A DNA stretch of 64,000 nt from Haliotis rufescens (GCF_023055435.1 NW_025964358.1:1550001-1614000); one strand, 5' to 3'; positions 25,935-39,680 are shown, counted from the first letter of the stretch. The notes: generated by a model from the letters alone, not told the origin. Numbers and translations: made by a program.

Positions 25935-26140
25935 TGCTACCATAGTCCAGTCGTAGAGCGTCTGCCCAAAGAGCGGAAGGTCGGGGATTCGACTCCCGGC
26001 CGCGTCATACCAAAAGATGTTAAAAGATGGTACGTGTTGTTACCCTGCCTGGAGCTCGGAAATAATGGCGCTCGGAAAATAAGGACTGGTTCAGTCGGAG
26101 TCAATATACTGTATGGTATTCATGTAAAACACACACACAC
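25935..26140 (+). mobile_element. SINE family C, degenerate copy
   Basis: GTAGAGCGTCTGCCCAAAGAGCGGAAGGTCGGGGATTCGACTCCCGGCCGCGTCATACCAAAAGA... Confidence 0.75.
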
Positions 26141-26171
26141 TAAACAATTCATCACATATTTAGTAATTATC

Positions 26172-26438
26172 TGCCCGTGAAGATTCAGGTTAGAATAGGT
26201 CTTCAGCAACCCATGCTGTCCGTAAAAGGTGATTATGCATGTCGTAAGAGGCGACTAACGGAATCGGGTGGTCAGGCTCGCTGACTTGGTTGATGCATGT
26301 CATCGTATCCCAATTGTGTGGATCGATGCTCATGATGTCAATCACTGAATTGTCTGGTCCAGACTTGATTATTTACAGACCGCCGTCATATAGCTGGAAT
26401 ATTGCTGAGTGTGGCATTAAACAAGAAACCAACTAACC
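26172..26438 (+). mobile_element. Family A copy
   Basis: CCCGTGAAGATTCAGGTTAGAATAGGTCTTCAGCAACCC ... GCTGAGTGTGGCATTAAACAAGAAACCAAC. A further fragment lies at ~26740-26810. Confidence 0.85.
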
Positions 26439-28169
26439 TAATCTCACCTTGATAATACAGAAATGTCAACCATTACAATTTTTGGGGATACATTACGATG
26501 ACAAGTTTTGAACCAATCCCAGTGATACAATTATATTTAATATGTTGCAAATTTGGACCCAAATACATTGCCAGTAATTCAAACTTGATATTGACCTCGC
26601 GACAAGCAATGTCATATGTAGCAGGGTGGGGAGTCATTCCACAGATGACATCCTTACCTTGTCAGCTTGCTGACAGGGTTAACCTCTTTGGTTCGAATCC
26701 CATTACGGGATTATCAAGAAAGAGAATCACTTCTACAAATAATCACTGGATTGTCTGGTCCAGACTTGATTATTTACATACCGCTGTCATATAGCTGGGA
26801 TATTTTGGTGCTCAGGAACCTAGAAACATTATCAAAGAGAACCGGACAAATAAACTGAACATGCCGTCAAAAAAGTGCAATTAAAATAAAGATGGCGTAA
26901 ATGACTGTCACTGCTCAGTCTTGACCTATACAGGTTACAACACAATACGCTGGGGTCACGTCACAAACACGCCCTGACTCACAGAACGCGCTTATAACAA
27001 ACTTTCATCGATCGCCACTGAAACTTGATTCGTTAGGCCCTGTCTGATGGCGAACAGACGCTGTGACGCAAACACGGACTTAGATAGGAAATTACAAATG
27101 GTATTAAATATGGGCTACCTGGACTGTGAACAGGGACACACGTGCGGGGGACTTACTGGCTATTTCTGCCGCAGTTGTTGCCAGGTGGAAACAGAATCGA
27201 TATACACAGCTGTAATAAATCTCCTCTCCGTGGACAGCTAAGCTTGTAGAGCAACATCACCAACAACGTCACAAATATACGACGTCCCTGTCGCAGTTGG
27301 ATAAGATCAAAGCGCTACCGTGTCCGCACGGCTACGAGGATGACGGAGAGCTCTGAATACATCTATTTCTGCATGTAGTACATCAACTCAATGCCGCAGC
27401 TATCAGCGTAATGGTTGTGTTCAGTGAATGGCTCCTACGTCTACGGTAGCAGGATAAAACACAGGCTGAGACACAGCAAGGAAATACCTATATTTAAAAC
27501 GAGATGCTGTATGTTTTTATCCTAATTCTAAAGGGAGTTAATTGGTTTGGGTTGATAGATGGGTGCAGGATGGAAGCTGGACGCGGGGTGGGTACAGAGC
27601 AACAATTACCGTTACTACGCCATCACGTAGAGGAACATATAACACCAGTTTCCATTATCGTCGATTCCCATGAACGGATACCTGGTTCGTGTGGTGACAT
27701 GGGGATTGTTCCCTGTACAGGACGATCTGTCGGACTGCATAGACACGTGATAGGGTTGCATTCCAACTTTAATTCGAAAAACGAGGTATAAAATCATCTT
27801 TGGGCCCACAGAGTCTACATTATTTATAAAAAGGAAAGTAAAAATGCGTTTATCCAAATGAGAAAATAGTTTGTGCATTTTAATACATGCTTTTGAAATA
27901 ACATTAAATGTTTGGGTAAGATTAACATATGTCGATTTTAGAGTGTAACAAACATATGGATGATGCTGTGTTTGGTACGGAATTACTCATATTTCCTTAC
28001 CGTTCGAAATATCTACCTTTTTAACCCATTAAAGCCATACTTAGGTATACCTATTCATGTCAAGAGTCCAACAGTTGCAAGTGCAAGAGAAAGAAAAGTA
28101 GTTATCAACTATTTGAACATTGACCAATGTGTTTGCTGTAACCTAAACCTTTGACACTTTTAGTGGGCG

Positions 28170-28400
28170 ATCCGGATTAGAATAGGTCTTCAGCAACCCG
28201 TGCTTGCTTTAAAAAGACGGGACTAACGGAATCGGGTGGTCAGGCTCGCTGACTTGGTTGTTGCATGTCATCGTATCCTAATTGCATAGATTGATATTCA
28301 TGATGTCAGTCACTGGATTGCCTGGTCCAGGCTCGATTAGTTACAGACTGGCGTCATAGAGCTGGCATATTTCTTAATGCGGCGTTAAACAACAAATAAA
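28170..28400 (+). mobile_element. Family A copy (older, single hairpin module)
   Basis: Colinear match to the A consensus with more substitutions. Confidence 0.8.
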
Positions 28401-28739
28401 CATACGTTACAAAACTTTGACCATACCAACAGACTAACTCTATTTCACTCACATGTTAAGTTAACCTTAAAAAGACGTGTCACACTGTACATGTTAAACA
28501 CAGCAAACCGTCACATACGTTAGAGCGAACAAGGGATGTCGTTGTGACATCATTTGAACAGTATTGCAGCACTGTGTCAACATAGTGTGGGAGGAAATCC
28601 CGAAGTGACTCTGTCAGCCATATTGGAGAGTCGTCATTAGATCTTCTCATGTGCTCTGCCTCGATGTTACGTATGTATAAAGTCCTCTGTCAGCCATCTT
28701 GGAGAGTCGTCATCAGATCTGATCTAGCCAAGTCACGTG

Positions 28740-29970
28740 TATGCGTGTATTAAGTCCTCGGGTCTTCCCCTGATCAAGACACAGTATGTAATGTGTGTAT
28801 TAAGTCCTCGGGTCTTCCCCTGATCACAACCCAGTCTCAGTGTAATGTGTGTATTAAGTCCTCAGGTCTTCCCGGTGATCACAACCCAGTATCGGTGTAA
28901 TGTGTGTATTAAGTCCTCAGGTCTTCCCCTGATCACAACCCAGTCTCGATGTAATGTGTGTATTAAGTCCTCGGGTCTTCCCGGTGATCACGACCCAGTC
29001 TCGATGAAATGTGTGTATTAAGTCCTGGGTCTTCCCCTGATCACAACCCAGTCTCAGTGTAATATGTATATTAAGTCCTCGGGTCTTCCCGCTGATCACA
29101 ACCCAGTCTCAGTGTAACGTGTGTATTAAGGCCTCAGGTCTTCCCCTGATCACAACCCAGTCTCAGTGTAAGCATGTATTAAGTCCTCAGGTCTTCCCGG
29201 TGATCACGACCCAGTCTCGGTGTAATGCATGTATTAAGTCCTCATGTCTTCCCGCTGATCACGACACAGTATGTAATGCATGTATTAAGTCCTCATGTCT
29301 TCCCGGTGATCACGACCCAGCCTCGGTGTAATGCGTGTATTAAGTCCTCATGTCTTCCCGCTGATCACGACCCAGTCTCGGTGTAATATGTGTATTAAGT
29401 CCTCAGTTCTTCCCGCTGATCACGACCCAGTCTCAGTGTAATATGTATATTAAGTCCTCGGGTCTTCCCCTGATCACAACCCAGTCACGATGTAATATGT
29501 GTATTAAGTCCTCGGGTCTTCCCCTGATCACGACCCAGTCTCGGTGTAATGTGTGTATTAGGTCCTCGGGTCTTCCCGCTGATCACAACCCAGTCTTAGT
29601 GTAATGCGTGTATTAAGTCCTCGGGTCTTCCCGCTGATCACGACCCAGTCTTGGTGTAATGCGTGTATTATGTCCTCATGTCTTCCCCTGATCACAACCC
29701 AGTCTCGGTGTAATGCGTGTATTAAGTCCTCATGTCTTCCCCTGATCACGACCCAATCTCGGTCTTATGCATGTATTTACTCCTCGGGTCTTCCAGGAGA
29801 TCACGACACAGTCTTAGTGTAATGCGTGTATTAAGTCCTCGGGTCTTCCCCTGATCACGACACAGTATGTAATGTGTGTATTAAGTCCTCGGGTCTTCCC
29901 CTGATCACGACACAGTATGTAATGTGTGTATTAAATCGTCGAGTCTTCCCGGTGATCACGGACAGGACCT
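28740..29970. repeat. 54-55-bp minisatellite (GTAATGTGTGTATTAAGTCCTCGGGTCTTCCCCTGATCACAACCCAGTCTCGGT)
   Basis: Direct tandem repetition. Confidence 0.95.
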
Positions 29971-30315
29971 AATGTAATGTATTTGTCGTTTATTCATAAA
30001 CTGTGTCTCACTCCCCACATGTAAATGAAAACCCCGTGTTAGCGCGGTATTTATCATTCTATAAATAAGAAGAAAACTACGACGTTAGACGAATAACTTC
30101 CCCCATTATACTCTTTTATAGCACATGTTCGACTCCGTCAGGATAGAAAACTAAGTTTTATTGATAATCGAAATGTTTTATTGCGAAAAGATTTTTAAAG
30201 ATGGCGTTTAGTGACAATGATGTTGTAGGCAGGGTTGCAGACTCCCCGTCTGCAAGTGAAACTACAATTCGGGGGCTATCTGACGATCACCCATTCTGTC
30301 TGACACGCTGTTCAT

Positions 30316-30372
30316 GGGGGGTGAGGTGGGTGAGGTGGGTGAGGTGGGTGAGGTGGGTGAGGTGGGTGGGGC
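30316..30372. repeat. (GTGAGGTGG)n 9-bp G-rich repeat
   Basis: About 5 units. Confidence 0.85.
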
Positions 30373-30476
30373 CTTGTGATTGGAAGGAGGGTCAAGTCAG
30401 AGGTATTGGCGCAGTGCCACAAACGTACAACTGTATAATGCTAACCACGCAAGAACGGTTTCATTGTGGTGTTACG

Positions 30477-30758
30477 TGAGTGAGTGAGTGAGTTGGGTTT
30501 AACGCCGCTTTTAACAGTATTCCAGTTATATCGCGGCGTGTCAGCTTAATGTGGGAGGAAAGCCCGAAGTGATGCAGGTCTCAGACGTTTACCACTTCGG
30601 TGAAACCCACGAGCACGGGTATGGTGCTGACAAACCTAGAAACATAATCGGAGCGAACCGAGATTCGAACCCACAATCATAGGTTTCTGGCGTGCCCAAG
30701 GGACGCAACTCTGCACAGCGAATCGCGGCGCCTTAGACGACTGGGCCACCCGTGCCCC
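30477..30758 (-). mobile_element. tRNA-derived SINE family D (Leu/Ser-like head with an insertion between the A and B boxes)
   Basis: On -: GGGGCACGGGTGGCCCAGTCGTCTAAGGCG ... GGGTTCGAATC; (ACTC)n tail. Partial copies at ~8850-8960 (+), ~38845-38990 (-), ~55605-55863 (+) and ~63519-63587 (+). Confidence 0.8.
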
Positions 30759-30862
30759 TATGGTTTTAAGGTTTTGACTCATACGTCCACCGGAAAGGTG
30801 TCATTGCCTTGTTGCAATTATTTTGGTTACTGTGTTTATTTGTGTCAGATTCTCTCTAACAC

Positions 30863-31097
30863 GTGTTTGTTTTTGGTTGCTTGTTTAACGCCGAAATCAA
30901 CAATATTCCGGCTATATGACGGCGGTCTGTAAATAATCGAGTCTCGAATCCAATGACTGACATCATGATCATCGATAAACACGATTGGGATACGATGACA
31001 TGCATCAACCACGTCACCGAGCCTGACCATCTTATCCCGTTAGTACATCAAGCATTGGTTCCGGAAGATCGATTCTAACCCGGATTTTCACGGGGTT
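30863..31097 (-). mobile_element. Family A copy (diverged)
   Basis: Colinear match from tail to the CACGGG 5' end, with deletions. Confidence 0.75.
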
Positions 31098-31534
31098 TTC
31101 GACACTTGCTGGCTCGTGTTTCGACAACAGAAAAGAAACAGTGGTACCTTTGATTACACGTATTTCAGTGTAGTGTCGACATTTTTAGTTTTACCAGACA
31201 TAACACCTTAAGTCAGATTCCAACTACGGCTATGGGTGGTCTAGTCGTCTATGACGTTGCGGTGCGTATCAGGATCCTTGTAGTATAGTCGTGGTTCGAA
31301 TTCCAATTACTCACTTACCAGAATTTCCGGTTTGTCAGAACCATGTTCGTGGATTTACCAAAATTGTCAATGTCTATGAATGCATTATTTCGGGGTTCCC
31401 TTCCATATCAATCTACCTCGTCGTAAACTAAATGAAATACTGCTATGTGGACTTGAACATAGCTGTATGGCGTGGTCACAGAAGACTGGGTACTGACCAC
31501 CAACGAAGAGTAATGAGAAATTGGGTTTATCCAT

Positions 31535-31835
31535 TTTAATATACATGCATGTGCGTGCGTGCGTGCGTGCGTGCGTTCGTGCGTGCGTGTGCTAGTTCGG
31601 ACTTATACAAGTGTTATAGTGCGTGTACACTGAGATACTATTCCGCAGTCTAACAACAATACCGCACTCCGACGCATTATACTCCGACCCGCCCAATCCT
31701 TGTTTTAATCCCGAGCGCCAGGCAGGGTAACAACAAGTACCATTTTTTAACGTCTTTTGGCATGACGCGGCCAAGTGATCGAGCCACCGACCTTTCGCTC
31801 TTCGAGCAGATATTCTAACCACCACACCATGGAGA
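31535..31835 (-). mobile_element. SINE family C, degenerate copy (its head is duplicated at 32627-32720)
   Basis: CAGGGTAACAACAAGTACC..AACGTCTTTTGGCATGACGCGGCC matches the C body. A C-type tail fragment also occurs at ~7378-7440. Confidence 0.75.
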
Positions 31836-32019
31836 AGATGGCGATTGAAAAAGAGAAGAAGCCAATTTAGACATCAATCATTTATGTGACGTATAACATG
31901 AATGAGACATAAATCCAAGTAGTGTGTAATGTCGATGTTCAAAATATTACTCTGTTTGCCAGATTCAGACTTAGTAGCTCTGCAGTTGATTAGACGTAGA
32001 CTTGCGAATGTCGTACCTT

Positions 32020-34510
32020 ACTCTAGCCTGAAATTACGGCTGTCGTAACTCATATACTCTCGCCTAGACCTACGGCTGTCGTAGCTAATATACTCTCGCC
32101 TAGACCTACGGCTGTCGTAACTAATATACTCCCGCCTAGACCTACGGCTGTCGTAGCTAATATACTCACGCCTAGACCTACGGCTGTCGTAACTAATATA
32201 CTCTCGCCTAGACCTACGGCTGTCGTAGCTAATATACTCACGCCTAGACCTACGACTGTCATAGCTAATATACTCTCACCTAGACCTACGGCTGTCATAG
32301 CTAATATACTCTCGCCTAGACCTACGGCTGTCGTAGCTAATATACTCTCACCTAGACCTACGGCTGTCATAGCTAATATACTCTCACCTAGACCTACGGC
32401 TGTCGTAGCTAATATACTCACGCCTAGACCTACGACTGTCGTAGCTAATATACTCTCACCTAGACCTACGGCTGTCATAGCTAATATACTCTCGCCTAGA
32501 CCTACGGCTGTCGTAGCTAATATACTCTCACCTAGACCTACGACTGTCATAGCTAATATACTCTCACCTACACCTACGGCTGTCATAGCTTATATACTCT
32601 CACCTAGACCTACGGCTGTCGTAGCTCATTTTTTAACGTCTTTTGGCATGACGCGGCCAAGTGATCGAGCCACCGACCTTTCGCTCTTCGAGCAGATATT
32701 CTAACCACCACACCATGGAGAAGATGGCGATTGAAAAAGAGAAGAAGCCAATTTAGACATCAATCATTTATGTGACGTATAACATGAATGAGACATAAAT
32801 CCAAGTAGTGTGTAATGTCGATGTTCAAAATATTACTCTGTTTGCCAGATTCAGACTTAGTAGCTCTGCAGTTGATTAGACGTAGACTTGCGAATGTCGT
32901 ACCTTACTCTAGCCTGAAATTACGGCTGTCGTAACTCATATACTCTCGCCTAGACCTACGGCTGTCGTAGCTAATATACTCTCGCCTAGACCTACGGCTG
33001 TCGTAACTAATATACTCCCGCCTAGACCTACGGCTGTCGTAGCTAATATACTCACGCCTAGACCTACGGCTGTCGTAACTAATATACTCTCGCCTAGACC
33101 TACGGCTGTCGTAGCTAATATACTCACGCCTAGACCTACGACTGTCATAGCTAATATACTCTCACCTACACCTACGGCTGTCATAGCTAATATACTCTCG
33201 CCTAGAACTACGGCTGTCGTAGCTAATATACTCACGCCTAGACCTACGGCTGTCGTAGCTAATATACTCACGCCTAGACCTACGACTGTCATAGCTAATA
33301 TACTCTCACCTAGACCTACGGCTGTCGTAGCTAATATACTCTCACCTACACCTACGGCTGTCGTAGCTAATATACTCTCACCTAGACCTACGGCTGTCGT
33401 AGCTAATATACTCTCACCTACACCTACGACTGTCATACCTAATATACTCTCGCCTAGACCTACGACTGTCATAGCTAATATACTCACGCCTAGACCTACG
33501 ACTGTCATAGCTAATATACTCTCACCTAGACCTACGGCTGTCATAGCTAATATACTCTCGCCTAGACCTACGGCTGTCGTAGCTAATATACTCTCACCTA
33601 GACCTACGGCTGTCGTAGCTAATATACTCTCACCTACACCTACGACTGTCATACCTAATATACTCTCGCCTAGACCTACGACTGTCATAGCTAATATACT
33701 CACGCCTAGACCTACGACTGTCATAGCTAATATACTCTCACCTAGACCTACGGCTGTCATAGCTAATATACTCTCGCCTAGACCTACGGCTGTCGTAGCT
33801 AATATACTCTCACCTAGACCTACGACTGTCATAGCTAATATACTCTCACCTACACCTACGGCTGTCATAGCTTATATACTCTCACCTAGACCTACGGCTG
33901 TCGTAGCTCATATACTCTCGCCTAGACCTACGGCTGTCGTAGCTAAAATACACTCGCCTAAACTTACGACTGTCGTAACTTATAAACTCTCACCTAGACC
34001 TAGTACTGTCGTAACTCATATACTCTCACCTAGACCTAGTACTGTCGTAACTCATATACTTTCACTAAGACCTACAGCTGTCGTAACTCATATACTTTCA
34101 CTAAGACCTACAGCTGTCGTAACTCATATATTTTCACCTAGACCTACAGCCGTCGTACCTCGTATACTCTCACCTAGACCTACTATACGGCTGTCGTAAC
34201 TCATATACTCCCACTAAGACCTACAGCTGTCGTAACTCATATACTCTCACCTACAATACGACCGTCGTAACTCATATACTTAAACATAGACCTACGATTG
34301 TTGTAATGTAAGGATTTTATCATAGACTTACTGCTGTTCGGCGGTCGTAGCTCATATACTCTCGCCTAGACCTACGACTGTCGTAAGTCATATATTTTCA
34401 CCTGGACCCGTGGCTGTTGTAGCTAATATACTCTCGCCTACAAATACGACTGTCGTAACACATACTTAAACATAGACCTACGATTGTCGTAATGTACTGA
34501 CATTATCGTA
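32020..34510. repeat. 36-bp minisatellite (GCTAATATACTCTCGCCTAGACCTACGGCTGTCGTA), split by a tandem segmental duplication
   Basis: Arrays at 32020-32626 and ~32905-34510; the sequence between them repeats 31741-32020. Confidence 0.95.
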
Positions 34511-35989
34511 GACTTAATATAATTCGAATCGGATCAATTAACTTTAAATCACTACACCATACCTAGAAAATAAACAGAGCGACAGAATAGTTCAATATAC
34601 CAGAACTTGGGATGGTGTTTCAGTAAAGAGCAACACGCTCCTAAGGATACACCAGGTAAGGTATACTTGTGATACTCTAGTGACTGTATACCAGTCCCCG
34701 CTCTATTAGGCGCGGTCCGGAATTAATTTTGAGAAATGCTCACTCGGTGCAGAAATGTACCTATCATGCAGAAGTTCACATTTTCTGCAGAACCCTTGCA
34801 GAATTTTGCAGAAATGTACCTATCTTGCAGAAATTCACATTTTCTGCAGAACCCTTGCGGATATTTTGCATTTATCTTATCAAACACACTGCAGGGGTTT
34901 AACATGTGAGTCCAAAGCTGGTCTCAAAAGTGTAAACGGATATCGATTTCGTTTTGAAGTGAAGTTGACTTTTGTATTATTGCTTACCTAAAGTACATGT
35001 ACGTATGTTTACACTAGTCACCTCCAGATTTCCATCAATAAGCTTTTCTAACTGTGGATAACTTTATCATAAAGATGCCTGCCACAAGTCAAACAGGTGC
35101 AAAACAACGAAAATCACGAAAAACTAAACTTTAAAGTTTGCAGAATTGTCTGCAGAATTATCAAAATATGCTTGCAGAATTTGTATATTTTACCCATCGA
35201 ATTAACCGGGTACTAAAATACTCTTGTGTTCGCACCTGCCGCAGCTATGAAGACGTTACTTCAGAAATCGCGATGTACGAGGTCTAATTCCTTCAATTCT
35301 CTGAATAGAGCAAGACCCTTGCTTTTTACCAAAAAATCACCAAGCCACTTGTCTCTTATTACCCGGGCTGACAGACACAAGTGTCGTGTCATACCATGAC
35401 GTCACAAGTGAACGGTTGTCGGCGTTACTTGTCGCCTGGTCATGTGACTTCGCCGCGTGTTTGCGTGTCAAGCGTCGGTCAACCCTCAATTTCCAGCCTT
35501 AATTGTTCAATTGCTTCCAATTTAAACGACAAAAGGCGATTAATCCCCGAGTCAGACCAAGCAAGCTGATGATTAATCGAGCACCCGGAAAGAGGAAGCT
35601 GACTCGAATTTCATGAAATTCCTGCCGTAGCCTAGGTTACCTGGGCGCGAGGAAATAAGCATCAATCATCCGGAATCGCAGACCCTCCGTTAATGTGACG
35701 TCATGACGTAACGACATCACGACAGTTTAGGTCTCAGACAGTGTGTAAATCCAGTGTTGTACATCACACAAGTTTTTATAAGGCATATATCAATCGTATA
35801 ATTATGCAAGTCGCTAACATACCGAATTTTGCATTCAGTCGCCAATATATACCATATAATTAGACCGGTCGCTTATTTATACTGTAAACTGCAAATGATC
35901 GCTGTTACTTTATTCTGAATACGGTCGCGGATATATGCCATATTCTTAATCTTGTCGCCGATATGTACTGTATATCAGAAATGTACCTC

Positions 35990-37885
35990 ATATACGTCAT
36001 ATACTGCAACCGCTCGCTGATATATACCGTATACTGCAACCGCTCGCTGATATATACCGTATACTGCCACCGCTTGCTGATATATACCGTATACTGCAAC
36101 CTGTCGCTGTCATTTACCGTATACTGCCACCGCTTGCTGATATATACCGTATACTGCAACCTGTCGCTGATACATACCGTATACTGCAACCTGTCGCTGA
36201 TATACACCGTATACTGCAACCTGTCGCTGATACATACCGTATACTGCAACCTGTCGCTGATATACACCGTATACTGCAACCTGTCGCTGATACATACCGT
36301 ATACTGCAACCTGTCGCTGATATAAACCGTATACTGCAACCTGTCGCTGATATATACCGTAAACTGCAACAATTCGCTGATATATACCGTATACTGCAAC
36401 CTGTCGCTGATATACACCGTATACTGCAACCTGTCGCTGATATATACCGTATACTGCAACCTGTCGCTGATACATACAGTATAATGCAACCTGTCGCTGA
36501 TATACACCGTATACTGCAACCTGTCGCTGATATACACCGTATACTGCAACCTGTCGCTGATATACACCGTATACTGCAACCTGTCGCTGATATACACCGT
36601 ATACTGCAACCTGTCGCTGATATACACCGTATACTGCAACCTGTCGCTGATATATACCGTATACTGCAACCTATCGCTGACATACACCGTGTACTGCAAC
36701 CTGTCACTGATATACACCGTATACTGCATCCTGTCGCTGACATACACCGTATACTGCAACCTGTCGCTGATATACACCGTATACTGCAACCTGTCGCTGA
36801 TATATACCGTAAACTGCAACAAGTCGCTGATACATACCGTATACTGCAACCTGTCGCTGATATATACCGTATACTGCAACAAGTCGCTGTCATTTACCGT
36901 ATACTGCCACCGCTTGCTGATATATACCGTATACTGCAACCTGTCGCTGATACATACCGTATACTGCAACCTGTCGCTGATATATACCGTAAACTGCAAC
37001 AAGTCGCTGATATACACCGTATACTGCAACCTGTCGATGATATATACCGTATACTGCAACCTATCGCTGACATACACCGTGTACTGCAACCTGTCACTGA
37101 TATACACCGTATACTGCATCCTGTCGCTGACAAACACCGTATACTGCAACCTGTCGCTGATATACACCGTATATTGCAACCTGTCGCTGATATATACCGT
37201 AAACTGCAACAAGTCGCTGATACATACCGTATACTGCAACCTGTCGCTGATATACACCGTATACTGCAACCTATCGCTGATATATACCGTAAACTGCAAC
37301 AAGCCGCTGATATATACCGTATACTGCAACCTGTCGCTGATATATACCGTAAACTGCAACAAGTCGCTGATATATACCGTATACTGCAACCGCTTGCTGA
37401 TATATACCGTATACTGCAACCTGTCGCTGTCATTTACCGTATACTGCCACCGCTTGCTGATATATACCGTATACTGCAACCTGTCGCTGTCATTTACCGT
37501 ATACTGCCACCGCTTGCTGATATATACCGTATACTGCAACCTGTCGCTGATATATACCGTATACTGCAACCTGTCGCTGATATATACCGTATACTGCAAC
37601 CTGTCGCTGATATACACCGTATACTGCAACCTGTCGCTGATATACACCGTATACTGCAACCTATCGCTGATATATACCGTAAACTGCAACAAGTCGCTGA
37701 TATATACCGTATACTGCAACCTGTCGCTGATATACACCGTATACTGCAACCTATCGCTGATACATACCGTATACTGCAACCTGTCGCTGATATATACCGT
37801 AAACTGCAACAAGTCGCTGATATATACCGTATACTGCAACCTGTCGCTGATATACACCGTCTACTGCAACCTGTCGCTGATACAA
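35990..37885. repeat. 30-bp minisatellite (ATACTGCAACCTGTCGCTGATATATACCGT)
   Basis: Indel-free 30-bp period; decayed units on both flanks (~35800-35990 and ~37885-37950). Confidence 0.95.
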
Positions 37886-39174
37886 ATCTTATGTCACAAT
37901 CGGCCCCTGATATTCGCCGTATTCTTCATCGCGTCGCTGATTTAAACTAAAGGACTCTACACGGAGTGTTCTTTTCATTGTTCAAACGCCCCTGGCCATG
38001 TTCCACCGTACCTGAACACGGCTCTTCCTTCCCCCTCCCTCCCCTCGTCTGTAAAACACACAGAACTACGTGCCTGGACCCAGAAAACGATGTGTGCAAA
38101 TACATCACAGACGTCTGGAAGGGGCTTGCCGCACGGCGTCGATGATTGGCTGGCCTGTGTCAAGCACGTGCTGCAATAATGTTCCAGTTAGAGCACGGGG
38201 CGCACGTGCGGTCGGTACTCAGATTTTCCGGATGTGACATTCACGAATAGCACACTCAACACAATACTTGACATTGGGACTTTTGTATCAAACTGCAGAA
38301 AATATTTGTGAGTGCTTGTGTGCGGAGTGTAAACGTCTATCTTCAGTTCCGTGAAATGTGTCAAGATAAAATCAATGCTAAAGCAGACTTTTTAAATATT
38401 TTTATCGATGTGTATTAAACGAAATCAGACTGACTTTAGTGGACTGTGATCAATAGCTTAGTTCATTCCAGGGGCAGAGTCAAATCGACATTTTCCCTTT
38501 TTTGCATACATCTCTTCGTCTATGGATTGGCACTAGCCGAGTCCGTCTTTCATTTCACAACCACTTAAATGGTGTCTCTAGTTTTCGCCCATTTTTCATC
38601 TCTTTCCCTGTTAACGGAAACGTTCGTGTCAGTTTTATCTAATACTGACCAGCAGAAAAACGCAGCATCGCCACTTTCGGTTTTGAGGACGACCTAACTA
38701 CAATAAGTCTTCATAAATTTATATTAATTCATACTGCACGAGATCTACCCGCGCGCTCTAAAAGATTATGTATAAGACATAAATAGAAATGTTGATAATA
38801 TTAGATATATAGTTAAAGGAAACATCCTAAGTCAGAAATAGCGTGTGAGTAAGTTTGGTTTAACGCCGTTTGTAACAGTATTCCATTTCCATCACGGTGT
38901 GTCAGCTTGATGTGGGAGGGAAGCCTGATGCAGATATGTACCACTTTTTTTTCAAACCCACAGGCACGGGTATGGTGTCAACCTTTAGAATCAGAAAATA
39001 TTGCGATGATTAATTAAGGAAAAAAGATGCATGTGTTCTGATACTTATAAAGTGAAAACAAGCTATTCCAGCGATAGGTGATATGACTTACAGCAATGAC
39101 CAAAAATGCAAAGTGCGCTTATCAAGAATTATCCATTTTCTTCTTGATAAACATCATCATTGGGTTTTGATCAG

Positions 39175-39680
39175 GGTTTGTTTGTTTGTTTGTTGAGCGC
39201 CACACTGGCCTGTTTGACGGCGGCCTGTAAATAATCGGGTCTGAAAAAGACAACCCAGTGATTGATAGTATGAGCAATGATGTACACCGTCGGGGTATTG
39301 TGACTGCTGTTGGTTGGTTGGTTTGTTTGTTGTTTTACGCCGCACTCAGCAATATTCCAGCTATATGACGGCGGTCTGTACATAATCGAGTCTGGACCAG
39401 ACAATCCAGTGATAAATATCATGAGCAACGATCCACGCATTTGGGATACGATGACATGCATCAACCAAGTCAGCGAGCCTGACCACCCGATCCCGTTAGT
39501 CGCCTCTTACGACAAGCATAGTCACCTTTTGCGGCAAGAATAGGTTGCTGAAGACCTATTCTATCCCGGATCTTCACGGGTCCGGTGACATGCAATCACG
39601 CAAGTCACCGAACCTGACCACCCGATTCATTAAATGCCCCTTAAATCGCATCTTACGACCAGCACGGGATATATTCTAGC
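39175..39680 (-). mobile_element. Young family A copy (39308-39582) flanked by, and probably nested in, an older A copy
   Basis: Clean copy at 39308-39582. A degenerate A 3' half (39175-39305) and 5' half (39585-39680) sit on either side in the expected order. Confidence 0.75.

Noticed and set aside
32050-33868. (ILATTAVGLGES)n ORFs, superficially like ice-nucleation or antifreeze repeats
   Set aside because: A 36-bp satellite broken by a segmental duplication; no gene structure.
34624-34655. Micro-exon between TTTCAG and GTAAGG
   Set aside because: Splice-like sites only; no gene context or supporting frame.
35905-37950. 650-, 488- and 418-aa repetitive ORFs
   Set aside because: A 30-bp satellite that is open in several frames on both strands.
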